The notes: generated from the letters alone by a model not told the origin. A stretch of DNA of 64,000 bases from Gemmatimonadaceae bacterium (GCA_045803545.1 JBJMOW010000005.1:1088001-1152000), one strand, 5' to 3'. Shown: positions 16,363-27,058, counted from the stretch's first letter. A program made the numbers and translations.

Positions 16363-19300
16363 TTGAATTCCCCAGCGTAGAACTGCAGGTGCATAACCGC
16401 ACTGAGCACGGTCTGCGTGAATTGCCGGTTAAGGTTATGGTCGAAGCTCTGAACGCGCGAGATGACAAAGCTCGAAGACAGGTTCTCGGCGACATCCGTA
16501 TCGGCGCTCATGCTGAAGGCGCGCCGGCCGTTATCAGTCAGCCTGCTCTCGCCAGTCAGCGCGAGTGGATTGAAGACAAAGTTCTGTCCCTGACTCCTCT
16601 GATAGCTGACTCGGGTGCGCAGATCGCTGCGGGGTTTCCAGCTGGCCGGCAGACCCCACGGTTTGGAAACGTCAATACTGAAATCCGAGTTGTCACCGTT
16701 GCTCGTCAGACCCGGTCGATCGTCGAGACGCTTCGAGAGCGAATACCCTACGGTCGCAGATAAGGGCCGTTGCCCGACGAACACGATCGAGCCGCTCAGT
16801 GGATAGCTCCGCACCTTCATCTCCCCGCGATCGTCCACTTCCTCTCCGAACAACGGTTGAGTCCCGTTTAACTGCCGCGTCTCGAGCATGCGCGCGTTGG
16901 CGCCGAGGCTGGAGATCAACCATTGCAACCCTTTTGGCTGGCCTGCCCAGCGCAGGGAGATATCCGGGAACATCGTCTGAGTTCCATCCACGATCTCCTG
17001 GGTCTCCTGCAGCCGCCGCGTCCAGTTACGGGTGTTGATGCGCTGATAGCGCGCGGCGATCGTCGCACCGAGCGGAAGATTCACTGTCTGATTTACGGAG
17101 AACTGATTGACGAGCCCAACGCTAGTCGCGAGCTCGTCACCAATCCGCCGGAATCCGTTCACGCCGCCGAGTCCGAACTGATACAGGAGCGAGGCACCCG
17201 CAGCGCTCCCGTCGTAAACGGAAAGAATGCTGCGGTTGAAATTCAGGTCGAGCGGCTGCAGGCCGCCGAGCAAGCCGCGCATAAAACTGTTGCTGTCCGT
17301 ATGGAGTTTGATTGCACGCGGCAAATCGAGCGTCAGTCCCGCCGTCGTCGTCTGAGAATTACCCAGCCGGCGCGGAATCCGTAGCGCTCCGGTGCTATCG
17401 CCTTCGCGCGCAAAGTCGAGCGTGTTTGGATCACGCAGCATGTTGTACGACGTGCCGAAGTCGAGTCGCGGCCGGAACCACGCGGTGATCGGTGGCGAGA
17501 TGTTGATGCCCGCCTGCATCGCCCGCTCCCGCTCCAGTCCTGCATCGCCGCCGAGGATGCGATCACGATCGCTCGTTGCAACGAGCCCCAGGGGCGAATC
17601 GGTGCCATAACCACGGAGGTCGCGAACTGATGTGATGTCCCACCGTACCGACGCGGCCTTGAACGGCTGGAAGACGAGACTGCTACCATTGCGCCAACTT
17701 CGCGTACGGCCTTTCACCAGCCGCGCTGAGTCATCGGCTGCCAATGCTGGCTTGAGGAACGACGAGCGGTCGTCATGACCGTTGGTGTAGGCCGACGTGA
17801 TGTGAATCTCCGTCGGCGACCAGCGCCCGAGATCCGGCAGCAAGGCGCGCGACAAGTTGAAGTCGAGACCGACGACGAAGTTCTTGGCCTTGCCGTCCTG
17901 ATATTCGCTGCGGGAGACGCCGGTGGTGTACGAGGAGCTCAGAGCCAGATTGTTCAGGATGGGCGACCAGAAGGATCCCGTCGACTGTTTCGTGCGTCGC
18001 AGTCCAAACGTGACCGATGCAGCCGCCGATCGAGGCGTTCGCAGTCCTTCGATCGCATCACCCTGGATGTCCGACTGCGAGACGAAGAGCGGTTGCTCGG
18101 ACGCCGAGGTGTAGTTGACGGTGAATGGCATCGAGATGCCGAGCGAAGCGGGCAGCAATTTTTCCAGCCGGAACGCAGAGCTCAGATCCCAGTTATTGTC
18201 GGTCAGATAGGTTGGAGCTTCCGCGAGTTGCCGGAAATTCGGGTCGCGCCTGCTGACATTGACGCGAATGTCGGCGAAGTCACTCGCCGTGATTGTCAGG
18301 CCCGCCTCGCCGGCAAAGCCGGTCGCGTTCACGACGCCAGCGAGTCGAATGTCATCGACCCACAGCTCGAGGGTGTCGCTTGGAATGACTGGACTGGCGC
18401 CGGGAGGAACCGGCAGCCGCATCATGCCCACCGCCAACTCCTGCACCGCTGCCAGATTGGGAGGACTGGTTCCCGGATCGGTGGTGTACACGACGTAGCC
18501 GCTGTCGCACGCGGCATAACGCGAAGCAGCGGTCGCCCCTGCGGGTAACGGCGTGTTTGCGATCATTACCGAGTCGATTCCGTTGCAGCTGTTACGCTGT
18601 CCGCCCTGCAGATATGCGTTTTGGATCCTGGCGCGCAATGCGAACAATCGGGAGAAGTCGACCGTGATCTCCGGCAACCACGCTGCCTTCGAGGTGCCCG
18701 AGTTGATCGGCGTGCGATACATGTAAAAGTTGTTGGCGTCGCGCGCGATCTTGATGTAGAACTGCAGCTCGCCGTCCATTCCCCAGCCGCTGCTCACGCC
18801 ACGCGCCCACACACGCAGCTGCTTGTAGGTCATGAAGTTCTTTTCGCCTTCGGGGAATCGGTAATAGGATTCCGCCCGATCCAGCGGCGCGAGATCAGTG
18901 ACCAGCAATCGCAGCGAACGCTCGTTGATTTGCACGCGACCGGGTTGGAACGCGACGGTCTTGCTGGTCGGCGCGTCAGTCACTCCCGGCGGAGACTCGT
19001 AGTCGATCCCGGCGCGCACGCGCTTGTCCTGAGTGCCGACGACGCCGGACTGGACGAAGCCGGTCGACGTTTGATCGTCCGCGATTCCGTGAAGGGTGTG
19101 ATCGCTGACCTTGAGCCATGGCGCGCCGGTGAGGCGCAAGCGCGCTAAAGGGACGGTGCTGAAATCGTTGTCGCCTTCGGCATCCCCGGAAATCATGGTG
19201 ACGCGCAGGGCCCGCGCCCGTCGCAGCAGGGGATGGCCGAGCGAGTCGTCAGGCGTGCCGAACGGAACGCGGAAGAACACCCAGCAGACGTTGTTGCGTG

Positions 19301-22300
19301 GGCCAGTTGGCTGACCCGTTAGCTGCGGTGGTGGCCCGCACTGACCCAACCGAGTGCGCTTCGTCGGATCGGCGAGATTGACTACGTAGCGGTACCACTG
19401 CTCCTGGTCACGCTCGGCTGTAGTCAGGTTGAGAACGTTGTCGGCGTCGATGTCCTCCTCGTCCAACCGATTGTTGTTGATTGTGCAATCCACTTTGGCA
19501 TCGCCGAGTATCTGACGGATGCCGTATCCTCCCCGGCATGTGCGCGCGAATCGCACCGTCGTAAAAGTGGGAGCACGCCCCGGCACCGTATCGATTTCGA
19601 TCACCAGGGAATCCATCACGTCGCCGGGCAAGCCGTTGTCGTTGGACGAAACGTTGAAGGCGCGGGAGAATGGATCACGCTCGCTATTCAGAGTGTCGAG
19701 GCCCTGAATTCCTTTGCTGTGCCACGACGAATCGATCTGCCCCGGCAGTGTGCCGAGTCGAATGATCAGTGTGTCGGGACCGAAAGACACCGAGTTCTCG
19801 GAGATTTCACCAAAGTCGAAGACGAGGATCGGATTCTTCGCCTGATCGGCGCCCGTGGGGATCTGCGCCCAGAACTCCAGGTTCTCGGCGTGCGAGATGT
19901 CGACGCCGCTCGGATTCAACACTGTTCTGATCGAGCGCCACCGGCGCCCAGCCGGTGCATTCGGAAGTGTCCACAGGAATCGACCGCTGGAAGGATCGAG
20001 CTGACCGCCGATGCTGAGCGGATAAAGAGTCAGCCACAGCAAAGACTCGGGGCCTGAAGGGCCGACGCCGCTCTGTGTAATTGCGGTGTCGATCTTGTCG
20101 ATGCTGTAGGTGACCGGCGTACCGTTCGCGTCAGCGCCATTACTCTGCCACGCCATCGTGGTCGCACGATTGAGATCGAACACGCCGGCGCCGAATCTCG
20201 CCGGTATTCTCGTTCCCAGCGCGGGCTGACTACTGAAATACCACTGCGGATCGTTGAGCGAGATCGGTAATCCGCCTTCCCCCTCGAAGGATTCGAGGTA
20301 CGCCTGCTGGGATTTATTGGTTTGGGGACGACTGGCAGCCAGCTCCGCCGAGAAAGCGATGCGCGACGGAACCGACGTCGGCCCATAAGGAAGTTTGGAA
20401 ACGAGACTGGTAAGAGCATCGGGCTCGAAGTTGAACAGCGCACTGACGCCGGCAACCAGTGAAGCAGACGGCTCGAAGCCGAGTGGAGGTCTCGTGAAGT
20501 TGGTGTGCTGGCTCTGCGAGATCGCCGTGAAATTCAGCTGGCCGTTGGTGAAGGGCAGCTCGGCGGTGGCGCCCAGAATCGATGTTGGGGTTTCCTCGAA
20601 CACCGGATTCTCTTCGTACTGCACCATCACTTGTCGCGGTCTGGGGAACAGCGTGTCGGGGCGATTGAACGAGACTCGGCCGAGATCGTAATCGACCGAG
20701 TAATCGGTGCCTCGAGTGAGAGAGATTCCGTCCACGAGCAGCCGCTCCGAATTCGGGCGGATCTGCACTGTGCCTAGCATTAACGCTCCACCGTCACCGC
20801 TCCCTTCAGACTGGGCGCGAAGCCGGATGTGATAGACCGCTTCGGGCCGCTGCGCAGACCGGACGTACTCGGGCGGCGTGGTGTAGATCGTATCGTTGGT
20901 TGGATTTCCCGCGACCGCGAGCCCAGTCGATGCGAATGGTTTCGCTGAAGGGAAAATCAGGAATTGATCCTGAATGGTGTGCGCGCCCGGGGAGCCGAGA
21001 CTCAATTCGAAGTTTGGATCGGTGGGCCGCGGCCAGATTCGATTCTCGAGATCGAAGCTCGAGCTATTGGTCGCCTGGGCGAGTCCGAACAGCTTGAGAT
21101 AGGTGTCGGCATTTCCAGCGACCGGCTTCTCCTGATCCTCGCTGCTGCCGGTGACGATTTTGAGAATCACGCTCTGACGGCGCAGATCCGATCCGCCGAG
21201 GCGATAGACACTGCGAATCTCCCGATCGAAAGCCGGGTCGCCGGGTTGCACGTCAGGACCCCAGATCAGATTCGCGAACTGGTCGCGATTCGGAGTGAAC
21301 TGCAGATCTGGCGTGCCGCCCGTGCTCACGAAGGTGGTGTCGCGACCATTGATCCGCACCCGATACGCCACGACGAGCCGTTCGTTGTTGAGAGCGAGCG
21401 GGCGCACCAGCGCGATCCACAGCAGCGATGGATCGGCGTAGTAGTCGACGCCTTCGCGCAAATATTCGTAGACCTGTCCCCGACGTGATCTGGGATTGCC
21501 GATCAGCCGGAACTGTGGTCCATTCGGGTTGGGCGGCTGGCCGCCGATCAATAACCGATAAAGAAAGATTTTCGTCGGACGCAACGTGTCGGGCAGCGAC
21601 GCGGCGAGCGCAGACATCCGTCGGGTGTCGAGGATGTCGATGTTCGGATAAGCGCCGGCGAACAGCCGCGGATTAACAGTGAAGAAAAATCGGCGGGGCT
21701 CGAATTGGTAATCTTCGATCTTCCGATCGATTGCCTGGAGTGTGCGATCACCGACAGTGAAGATCCGATCACGAACGACGTTGCCCTTCTGCTGGGCGAG
21801 GATGGTCTTGACGCGCAGCGATCCGATTTTGGTGAGCGCCTGAACGCCGTAATTCCCGCTTGGAATGCCCGCAGTTATGTAGCGCGAAGCCGGCGGCTGG
21901 AAAGCGACGTTGCCGACTTCGAGGCGCTGCATGAACTGGCTCGGCTTCCCCTCGTAGTAAATCGAGATGTTGTTCGATGCGTCGAACTCGCGCTGCGTAT
22001 CGTAGTCGACGTTGACGTGGACGCGGTCGGCGACGATGCCTCCCGACTTGGCGGCGAATTGAAAGTCCACCTGTGGCAGCGGCTCGAAGGTGCTCCGACA
22101 GTTGGTGGATGGATCGAACAGGAACGTCGACGAGCAAACCGCGGTCTGAGTCTTCTCGTTACGGAACTCGAGCCGGCCATCCAGCTGTAAGCCCAGATCG
22201 GCGTATTCGCCGATGATCGGCAGCGGCTTTGTCGGAACAGTCGGCTTCGGCTTTGGCGGCAGCTCACCGGGAAACGAAGGCGATGGTGTCGCAGTGGCAA

Positions 22301-22670
22301 AGTTGCTGGTGGCGATTTCACCCCACACAGCCTGCATGATCGTGCGCATATTCTGCTGAAAGGCCGTTGCGCGCGCGGCATCGATCTGCGCCTGTGCCTG
22401 ACGGAAAGCTTCGCGATCGCTTCGCGAAACTACTGACGGCAGAATGAGCGGCAGTGTGTCACGACCCAGGCGCAGGCGTGGAATGCCCGGGGCACCAGGG
22501 GTACCTGTGGGGGGCGATGCCGGCGGTGCGGGGGTGACCTTGCGTGTGGTATCGCGCGGATCCTGCGCGTGCGCCGGCCGCGTCGTCAACAGCAGCGAAA
22601 CGCTGACGAGCAGGATTAGATGCTGAAGCGTGGAACTCGTTGTCTGCGTGCCGCTTACCCACGAGCGCAC
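16359..22670 (-). CDS. sprA: SprA/Sov-family giant outer-membrane protein (T9SS translocon homolog); start uncertain (22670, 22682 or 22721)
   Basis: About 2100 aa; VNVDYDTQREFD..NNI.IYYEG...LEVGNV, GTDYSVDYDLGRV, AYLESFEG, NERSLRL, LWVDDIRL motifs; signal peptide AHA-Q; beta-rich C-terminus. Confidence 0.85.
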   Translation of the reverse strand: MRSWVSGTQTTSSTLQHLILLVSVSLLLTTRPAHAQDPRDTTRKVTPAPPASPPTGTPGAPGIPRLRLGRDTLPLILPSVVSRSDREAFRQAQAQIDAARATAFQQNMRTIMQAVWGEIATSNFATATPSPSFPGELPPKPKPTVPTKPLPIIGEYADLGLQLDGRLEFRNEKTQTAVCSSTFLFDPSTNCRSTFEPLPQVDFQFAAKSGGIVADRVHVNVDYDTQREFDASNNISIYYEGKPSQFMQRLEVGNVAFQPPASRYITAGIPSGNYGVQALTKIGSLRVKTILAQQKGNVVRDRIFTVGDRTLQAIDRKIEDYQFEPRRFFFTVNPRLFAGAYPNIDILDTRRMSALAASLPDTLRPTKIFLYRLLIGGQPPNPNGPQFRLIGNPRSRRGQVYEYLREGVDYYADPSLLWIALVRPLALNNERLVVAYRVRINGRDTTFVSTGGTPDLQFTPNRDQFANLIWGPDVQPGDPAFDREIRSVYRLGGSDLRRQSVILKIVTGSSEDQEKPVAGNADTYLKLFGLAQATNSSSFDLENRIWPRPTDPNFELSLGSPGAHTIQDQFLIFPSAKPFASTGLAVAGNPTNDTIYTTPPEYVRSAQRPEAVYHIRLRAQSEGSGDGGALMLGTVQIRPNSERLLVDGISLTRGTDYSVDYDLGRVSFNRPDTLFPRPRQVMVQYEENPVFEETPTSILGATAELPFTNGQLNFTAISQSQHTNFTRPPLGFEPSASLVAGVSALFNFEPDALTSLVSKLPYGPTSVPSRIAFSAELAASRPQTNKSQQAYLESFEGEGGLPISLNDPQWYFSSQPALGTRIPARFGAGVFDLNRATTMAWQSNGADANGTPVTYSIDKIDTAITQSGVGPSGPESLLWLTLYPLSIGGQLDPSSGRFLWTLPNAPAGRRWRSIRTVLNPSGVDISHAENLEFWAQIPTGADQAKNPILVFDFGEISENSVSFGPDTLIIRLGTLPGQIDSSWHSKGIQGLDTLNSERDPFSRAFNVSSNDNGLPGDVMDSLVIEIDTVPGRAPTFTTVRFARTCRGGYGIRQILGDAKVDCTINNNRLDEEDIDADNVLNLTTAERDQEQWYRYVVNLADPTKRTRLGQCGPPPQLTGQPTGPRNNVCWVFFRVPFGTPDDSLGHPLLRRARALRVTMISGDAEGDNDFSTVPLARLRLTGAPWLKVSDHTLHGIADDQTSTGFVQSGVVGTQDKRVRAGIDYESPPGVTDAPTSKTVAFQPGRVQINERSLRLLVTDLAPLDRAESYYRFPEGEKNFMTYKQLRVWARGVSSGWGMDGELQFYIKIARDANNFYMYRTPINSGTSKAAWLPEITVDFSRLFALRARIQNAYLQGGQRNSCNGIDSVMIANTPLPAGATAASRYAACDSGYVVYTTDPGTSPPNLAAVQELAVGMMRLPVPPGASPVIPSDTLELWVDDIRLAGVVNATGFAGEAGLTITASDFADIRVNVSRRDPNFRQLAEAPTYLTDNNWDLSSAFRLEKLLPASLGISMPFTVNYTSASEQPLFVSQSDIQGDAIEGLRTPRSAAASVTFGLRRTKQSTGSFWSPILNNLALSSSYTTGVSRSEYQDGKAKNFVVGLDFNLSRALLPDLGRWSPTEIHITSAYTNGHDDRSSFLKPALAADDSARLVKGRTRSWRNGSSLVFQPFKAASVRWDITSVRDLRGYGTDSPLGLVATSDRDRILGGDAGLERERAMQAGINISPPITAWFRPRLDFGTSYNMLRDPNTLDFAREGDSTGALRIPRRLGNSQTTTAGLTLDLPRAIKLHTDSNSFMRGLLGGLQPLDLNFNRSILSVYDGSAAGASLLYQFGLGGVNGFRRIGDELATSVGLVNQFSVNQTVNLPLGATIAARYQRINTRNWTRRLQETQEIVDGTQTMFPDISLRWAGQPKGLQWLISSLGANARMLETRQLNGTQPLFGEEVDDRGEMKVRSYPLSGSIVFVGQRPLSATVGYSLSKRLDDRPGLTSNGDNSDFSIDVSKPWGLPASWKPRSDLRTRVSYQRSQGQNFVFNPLALTGESRLTDNGRRAFSMSADTDVAENLSSSFVISRVQSFDHNLNRQFTQTVLSAVMHLQFYAGEFK

Positions 22671-22726
22671 GGTATATTTCACCCTGTGAAGCTTCGCCCG
22701 GCAGTCTGCCTTTTCCCACATCTATA

Positions 22727-24337
22727 GTGAAGATACTGCACCGGTACGTGCTGAAGGAACATGTGGGTCCGCTGACATTTGCCCTTACGGCGCTGACCTC
22801 CATCCTCCTTTTGCAATACATCGGTAAGCATTTCGGCGAGCTGGTGGGAAAAGGATTGCCCACCTTCGTGATCGCCGAGTTTTTTGCGCTGTCGATTCCA
22901 CTGACGGTGGCGCTGACCCTTCCAATGGCCGTGTTGGTCGCGACGCTCTACGCGTTCAGCCGGCTGGCCGCCGAAAATGAAATCACCGCGCTCAAGGCAA
23001 GCGGTGTCAGTCTGGTCAGTGTGCTCAAGCCCGTATTGTGGGCGGCGGTCGGCGTGACATTCGTGATGATCGCGTTCAACGATCAGCTCCTGGCCCGATC
23101 GAATCACAAGCTGGCAGTGCTCCAGCGCGACATCGCCCAGAAAAAGCCGACGTTCGGCTTGCGCGAGCAGGTGATCAATGAAGTCAGCCCCGGCAAGTTT
23201 TACCTCCGCGCCGGACATATCGACGAATCGTCGAATCTGATGCGCGAGGTGACGATCTACGACATGGCTGACCCGGCCGTGAAGCGGACCATTTACGCCG
23301 ACAGCGGCAACATGCGGATGGTCCACAACATGTCGGACCTGGAGCTGTTGCTTTACCACGGCAACACAGAAGACGTCCCGACCACCAATGCGGGGGAGCT
23401 TCGTCGGCTCTACTTCGACGTCGACCTGGTAAGAGTGAAAGGCGTCGGCAATCAATTCCAGAAGACCACCGCGGATTCGTACAAGAGCGATCGCGAGATG
23501 ACCGTTTGCGAGATGCAGCAGGCCCAGGACCGCGCCCGTCGCGATCACGAGCTCGCGCGCCGGGAGTTCATGCAGCGCATCCCCGAAATAAAGGGAATGA
23601 AGACAATTCTCGCCGAGGATCTGCTCAAGGCCAAACTGGATGTACCCTGGGACGTGGGGCTGGGCAGGGCTTACTGCAAGCTGTTCTCGTTTCTAACGCC
23701 GAAAACCGCGCAGGCGCAGGGCGTGTCGGATACGCCGCGTGCTGTAGTCGCCAAGCAGAATGCATCCAGCACTTCGATTCGAGCTCCAATAACGACGGCG
23801 CAGATTCCGGTGCCGGCGAGGAGACCGCCAAATCCGGTACCGACGACCGGTCAGGCAACACCGCCACCAGCCGTGGACGCCGTCGCCCTCTCACAGCTCG
23901 AGGGCTTGCGCCTGCGGCTGATCGACAGCTCACAACTCATGAACTCCTATGGCGTGGAGATTCACAAAAAGTTTGCGCTCGCCGTCGCCTGCTTCGTGTT
24001 CGTGCTGCTCGGCGCGCCGATCGCGCTGCGCTTCCCGCGGGGGGGCGTTGGGCTGACGATCGGCGTGAGCCTGTTCGTGTTCGCGCTGTACTACGTCTGC
24101 CTGATCGCAGGTGAGTCGATCGCGAAGCGCGGGATGATGCCCGCCGTCATCTCGATGTGGATGGCGAATGTGATCTTCGCGCTGATCGCGCTGTGGCTGT
24201 TGTCAAGGATGGGCAAGGAAGGCAGCACCTCACGCGGCGGCGACATGCGGGAGATGATCGGCACCATCAGAGGCGCCGTTCGCTCGAAGCTGGGTTGGAA
24301 GGATCGCCGAGTACAGCGGGAGCGAATGGCCGCTTGA
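22727..24337 (+). CDS. lptF: LPS export ABC permease LptF-like with long periplasmic insertion
   Basis: ILHRYVLKE, ENEITALKASGVS, VEIHKKFALAVACFVFVLLGAP, AVISMWMAN. Confidence 0.85.
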   Translation: MKILHRYVLKEHVGPLTFALTALTSILLLQYIGKHFGELVGKGLPTFVIAEFFALSIPLTVALTLPMAVLVATLYAFSRLAAENEITALKASGVSLVSVLKPVLWAAVGVTFVMIAFNDQLLARSNHKLAVLQRDIAQKKPTFGLREQVINEVSPGKFYLRAGHIDESSNLMREVTIYDMADPAVKRTIYADSGNMRMVHNMSDLELLLYHGNTEDVPTTNAGELRRLYFDVDLVRVKGVGNQFQKTTADSYKSDREMTVCEMQQAQDRARRDHELARREFMQRIPEIKGMKTILAEDLLKAKLDVPWDVGLGRAYCKLFSFLTPKTAQAQGVSDTPRAVVAKQNASSTSIRAPITTAQIPVPARRPPNPVPTTGQATPPPAVDAVALSQLEGLRLRLIDSSQLMNSYGVEIHKKFALAVACFVFVLLGAPIALRFPRGGVGLTIGVSLFVFALYYVCLIAGESIAKRGMMPAVISMWMANVIFALIALWLLSRMGKEGSTSRGGDMREMIGTIRGAVRSKLGWKDRRVQRERMAA

Positions 24338-24342
24338 AGAAA

Positions 24343-25419
24343 ATGGTGCGGGCCCTGGACCGCTACGTATTTACCGAATTCTGGAAGATCTTCGTCACGA
24401 CGGCGCTCGGATTTCCGATCCTCGTCAACATCATCGATCTCACAGACAATCTCGACAAATACCTCGGGCAGAAACTGAGCCCCGGTCGGATCGCGCTCAG
24501 CTACATCTACTGGCTGCCGGATTCGATGTTCATGGTGTTGCCGGCGGCGGTGTTGTTCGCCACGGTATTCGCAATTGGGGCACTCACTCGCCACTCCGAG
24601 ATCACCGCGGCGAAGGCGTCCGGAATTAGCTTTTATCGTTTCATCGCGCCGATTTTTGCCGGTGCAGTGATTGCGACAATGCTCGGACTCGTACTAGGAG
24701 AGCTGGCACCTGTTACAAACAAAAAGCGAATGGAGATTCTGCAGGGTAATCAGGTCAACCTGGGCAACGATCGATACAATTTCGCCTATGCCGCGGACAA
24801 TGGTCGCGTCTACAAGATCGGCGCGCTGCATCTGACCGACGCCTCGATCGAGGGAATGGTGATCGAACGCAAAGGCAAGGGACCTGACTATCCCTCATAC
24901 CTTATCTCGGCGAATGGGGCGAAATATCGGTCGGGCAAGGGATGGCTGATCAAGGGCGGTGCGATGCATGTTATTCCGGACACACTTCACAACATGACCA
25001 TCACCTTCGATTCGCTCATCGACAAGCACTTCACCGATCAGCCGAAGCAGCTGACGCTGGCGCAGAAAGCGCCGGCTGATATGGGCTTCAAGGAGCTCGG
25101 GAGATTCATAGCATCGATGGAGCGCTCGGGCGCCGACGTGAACGAGCTGCGTGTCGAGCGGATGCTCAAAATCGCGATTCCGGTCACCTGCGTTGTGATC
25201 CTGCTATTCGGCGCGCCACTGGCGACGAGCACCCAGCGCGGCGGCGCCGCCTACGGAGTCGGGCTTAGTCTGGCGACAACGGTGATTTTCCTGATGCTGA
25301 TTCAGCTGACCAAGGGCATCGGCGGCAAAGGGATGATACCGGCCGATCTCGCGGCCTGGCTACCGAGTATGATCTTCGGAGTTATTGGCGCATTTCTCTT
25401 CGCGCGCGTCAGAACTTGA
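24343..25419 (+). CDS. lptG: LPS export ABC permease LptG-like
   Basis: LDRYV, HSEITAAKASGIS, KIAIPVTCVVILLFGAP, AAWLP. Confidence 0.85.
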   Translation: MVRALDRYVFTEFWKIFVTTALGFPILVNIIDLTDNLDKYLGQKLSPGRIALSYIYWLPDSMFMVLPAAVLFATVFAIGALTRHSEITAAKASGISFYRFIAPIFAGAVIATMLGLVLGELAPVTNKKRMEILQGNQVNLGNDRYNFAYAADNGRVYKIGALHLTDASIEGMVIERKGKGPDYPSYLISANGAKYRSGKGWLIKGGAMHVIPDTLHNMTITFDSLIDKHFTDQPKQLTLAQKAPADMGFKELGRFIASMERSGADVNELRVERMLKIAIPVTCVVILLFGAPLATSTQRGGAAYGVGLSLATTVIFLMLIQLTKGIGGKGMIPADLAAWLPSMIFGVIGAFLFARVRT

Positions 25420-26180
25420 TTCGCGATCCACTCGAGCCGTTCCGAAATGTTGGGAAGCGCGCGTATTTCGCGCGAGACATCGGGCGCGCGATACCCGACT
25501 TTCGAACCTACGGCGCGGAAACGATCCGCCAGATGCGGAACATTGGAGTCGACTCGCTTCCACTGGCGGCAATCGTTGCCGCGTTTATCGGCGCAGTGAC
25601 CGCAATCCAGACGCGATATCAACTCTTTGGCGGAGTGCAGCTTTCGGTTGTGGGGCTGATCTCACGTCAGTCGGTGATTCTGGAACTGGGTCCATTGCTG
25701 ACAGGTCTGGTGCTCACAGGTCGAGTCGGCGCGCGAATCACCGCCGAGATCGGGACGATGCGTGTAACAGAGCAGATCGATGCACTGGAAACGCTGGCGT
25801 ACGATCCCGTTGCGTATCTGGTAGTGCCGCGACTGATCGCGGCACTCGTCATGCTTCCAGTCCTGACTGTCCTCGCCGACGCGATTGGTGTCGTTACGGC
25901 AATGGTAACCGCGGTCTCGGCGACGGACGTCACAAGCGCGGACTTCACGGCGGGCCTTCGGCTCTCGTTCACTCCGTTTCAAATAGTGTACAGCCTGATC
26001 AAGGCGACTATATTCGGAGGCGCGATAGCCTTCTTCTGCTCCTACGAGGGTTACACCGCGAATGTCGGCGCCGAAGGCGTCGGACGCAGCACCGCGCAAG
26101 CGGTTGTCATTACCTCGGTCGCCATTCTGGTGCTTGATGCGCTGATCGCCGTCCTCCTCGCTCCTTACCTGCAGGCATGA
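25416..26180 (+). CDS. mlaE: MlaE-family ABC permease
   Basis: ELGPLLTGLVLTGRVGARITAEIGTMRVTEQIDAL, LVVPR, GAEGVGRST. Confidence 0.93.
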   Translation: MIRDPLEPFRNVGKRAYFARDIGRAIPDFRTYGAETIRQMRNIGVDSLPLAAIVAAFIGAVTAIQTRYQLFGGVQLSVVGLISRQSVILELGPLLTGLVLTGRVGARITAEIGTMRVTEQIDALETLAYDPVAYLVVPRLIAALVMLPVLTVLADAIGVVTAMVTAVSATDVTSADFTAGLRLSFTPFQIVYSLIKATIFGGAIAFFCSYEGYTANVGAEGVGRSTAQAVVITSVAILVLDALIAVLLAPYLQA

Positions 26181-27058
26181 AGACAAGAGACGAAGTTCTC
26201 GTTGGACTCGTTGTGACCGCGGCGATAGTCGTGACCGTGCTCGGCTCGCTGTGGCTGGCGCGCGGCGGATTGTCGAAGGGATATCCGTTGTACGCGAAGT
26301 TCCCGTGGGGCGCAGGACTCAAACAGGGACAGCCGGTGCTGCTGGTCGGCGTGAGCGTGGGTTACCTCGACCAGGTCGATCTTCACCAGGACGGCACACT
26401 GGTGACGACACTGCGCATTCAGAATCACTATCAGGTGCCGATCACGAGCAAAGCAACGGTAATTCCAAACGGAATCTTCGGCGACATGGCGGTGGCATTG
26501 ACGCCGTCGAAACCGAATCCAGTCTCGTTCAAGTCGGGCGACACCGTTCCGATTGGACCATCGACGCCGGGGATCGCAGAGCTGACCGCGAAGGCGGATT
26601 CAGTAATGAACTCCGTCAACGCAATCACGACCGCTTTGCAACGAGAGATGGTGGGTACAGGTGGGATCCGGGATTTGCGGAGCACCATCGCGTCGACGAA
26701 TCGGCTAGTCAATGATTTTTCGTCGATCGCCAACGAGCAGTCGCGTCAATTGACGGCGACGATGCAATCGGTTCGACGCGCAACTACGGCAATCGATCCG
26801 GCAAAGGTCGATTCGACGCTCGCAAATTTCCGGACGACGAGCGCTAACCTCGCGCAGCTGAGTGGGCAGGTAAAGGAGACGACGACCAAGCTCGACGCGA
26901 TTCTGGCGAAAGTCGATACGGGGCCCGGATCTGCTGCGCGCTTGTTGAACGATCCGGGTGCGTACAACGACGTGCGTGGGTTGCTGGCGCGAATGGATTC
27001 GTTGCTCGCGGACATCAAGAAGAATCCGAAACGGTACATCAACGTCAAGATCTTCTAG
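26177..27058 (+). CDS. mlaD: MCE/MlaD-family protein
   Basis: N-terminal TM, GLKQGQPVLLVGVSVG MCE motif, helical C-terminal region ending DIKKNPKRYI. Confidence 0.9.
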   Translation: MKTRDEVLVGLVVTAAIVVTVLGSLWLARGGLSKGYPLYAKFPWGAGLKQGQPVLLVGVSVGYLDQVDLHQDGTLVTTLRIQNHYQVPITSKATVIPNGIFGDMAVALTPSKPNPVSFKSGDTVPIGPSTPGIAELTAKADSVMNSVNAITTALQREMVGTGGIRDLRSTIASTNRLVNDFSSIANEQSRQLTATMQSVRRATTAIDPAKVDSTLANFRTTSANLAQLSGQVKETTTKLDAILAKVDTGPGSAARLLNDPGAYNDVRGLLARMDSLLADIKKNPKRYINVKIF

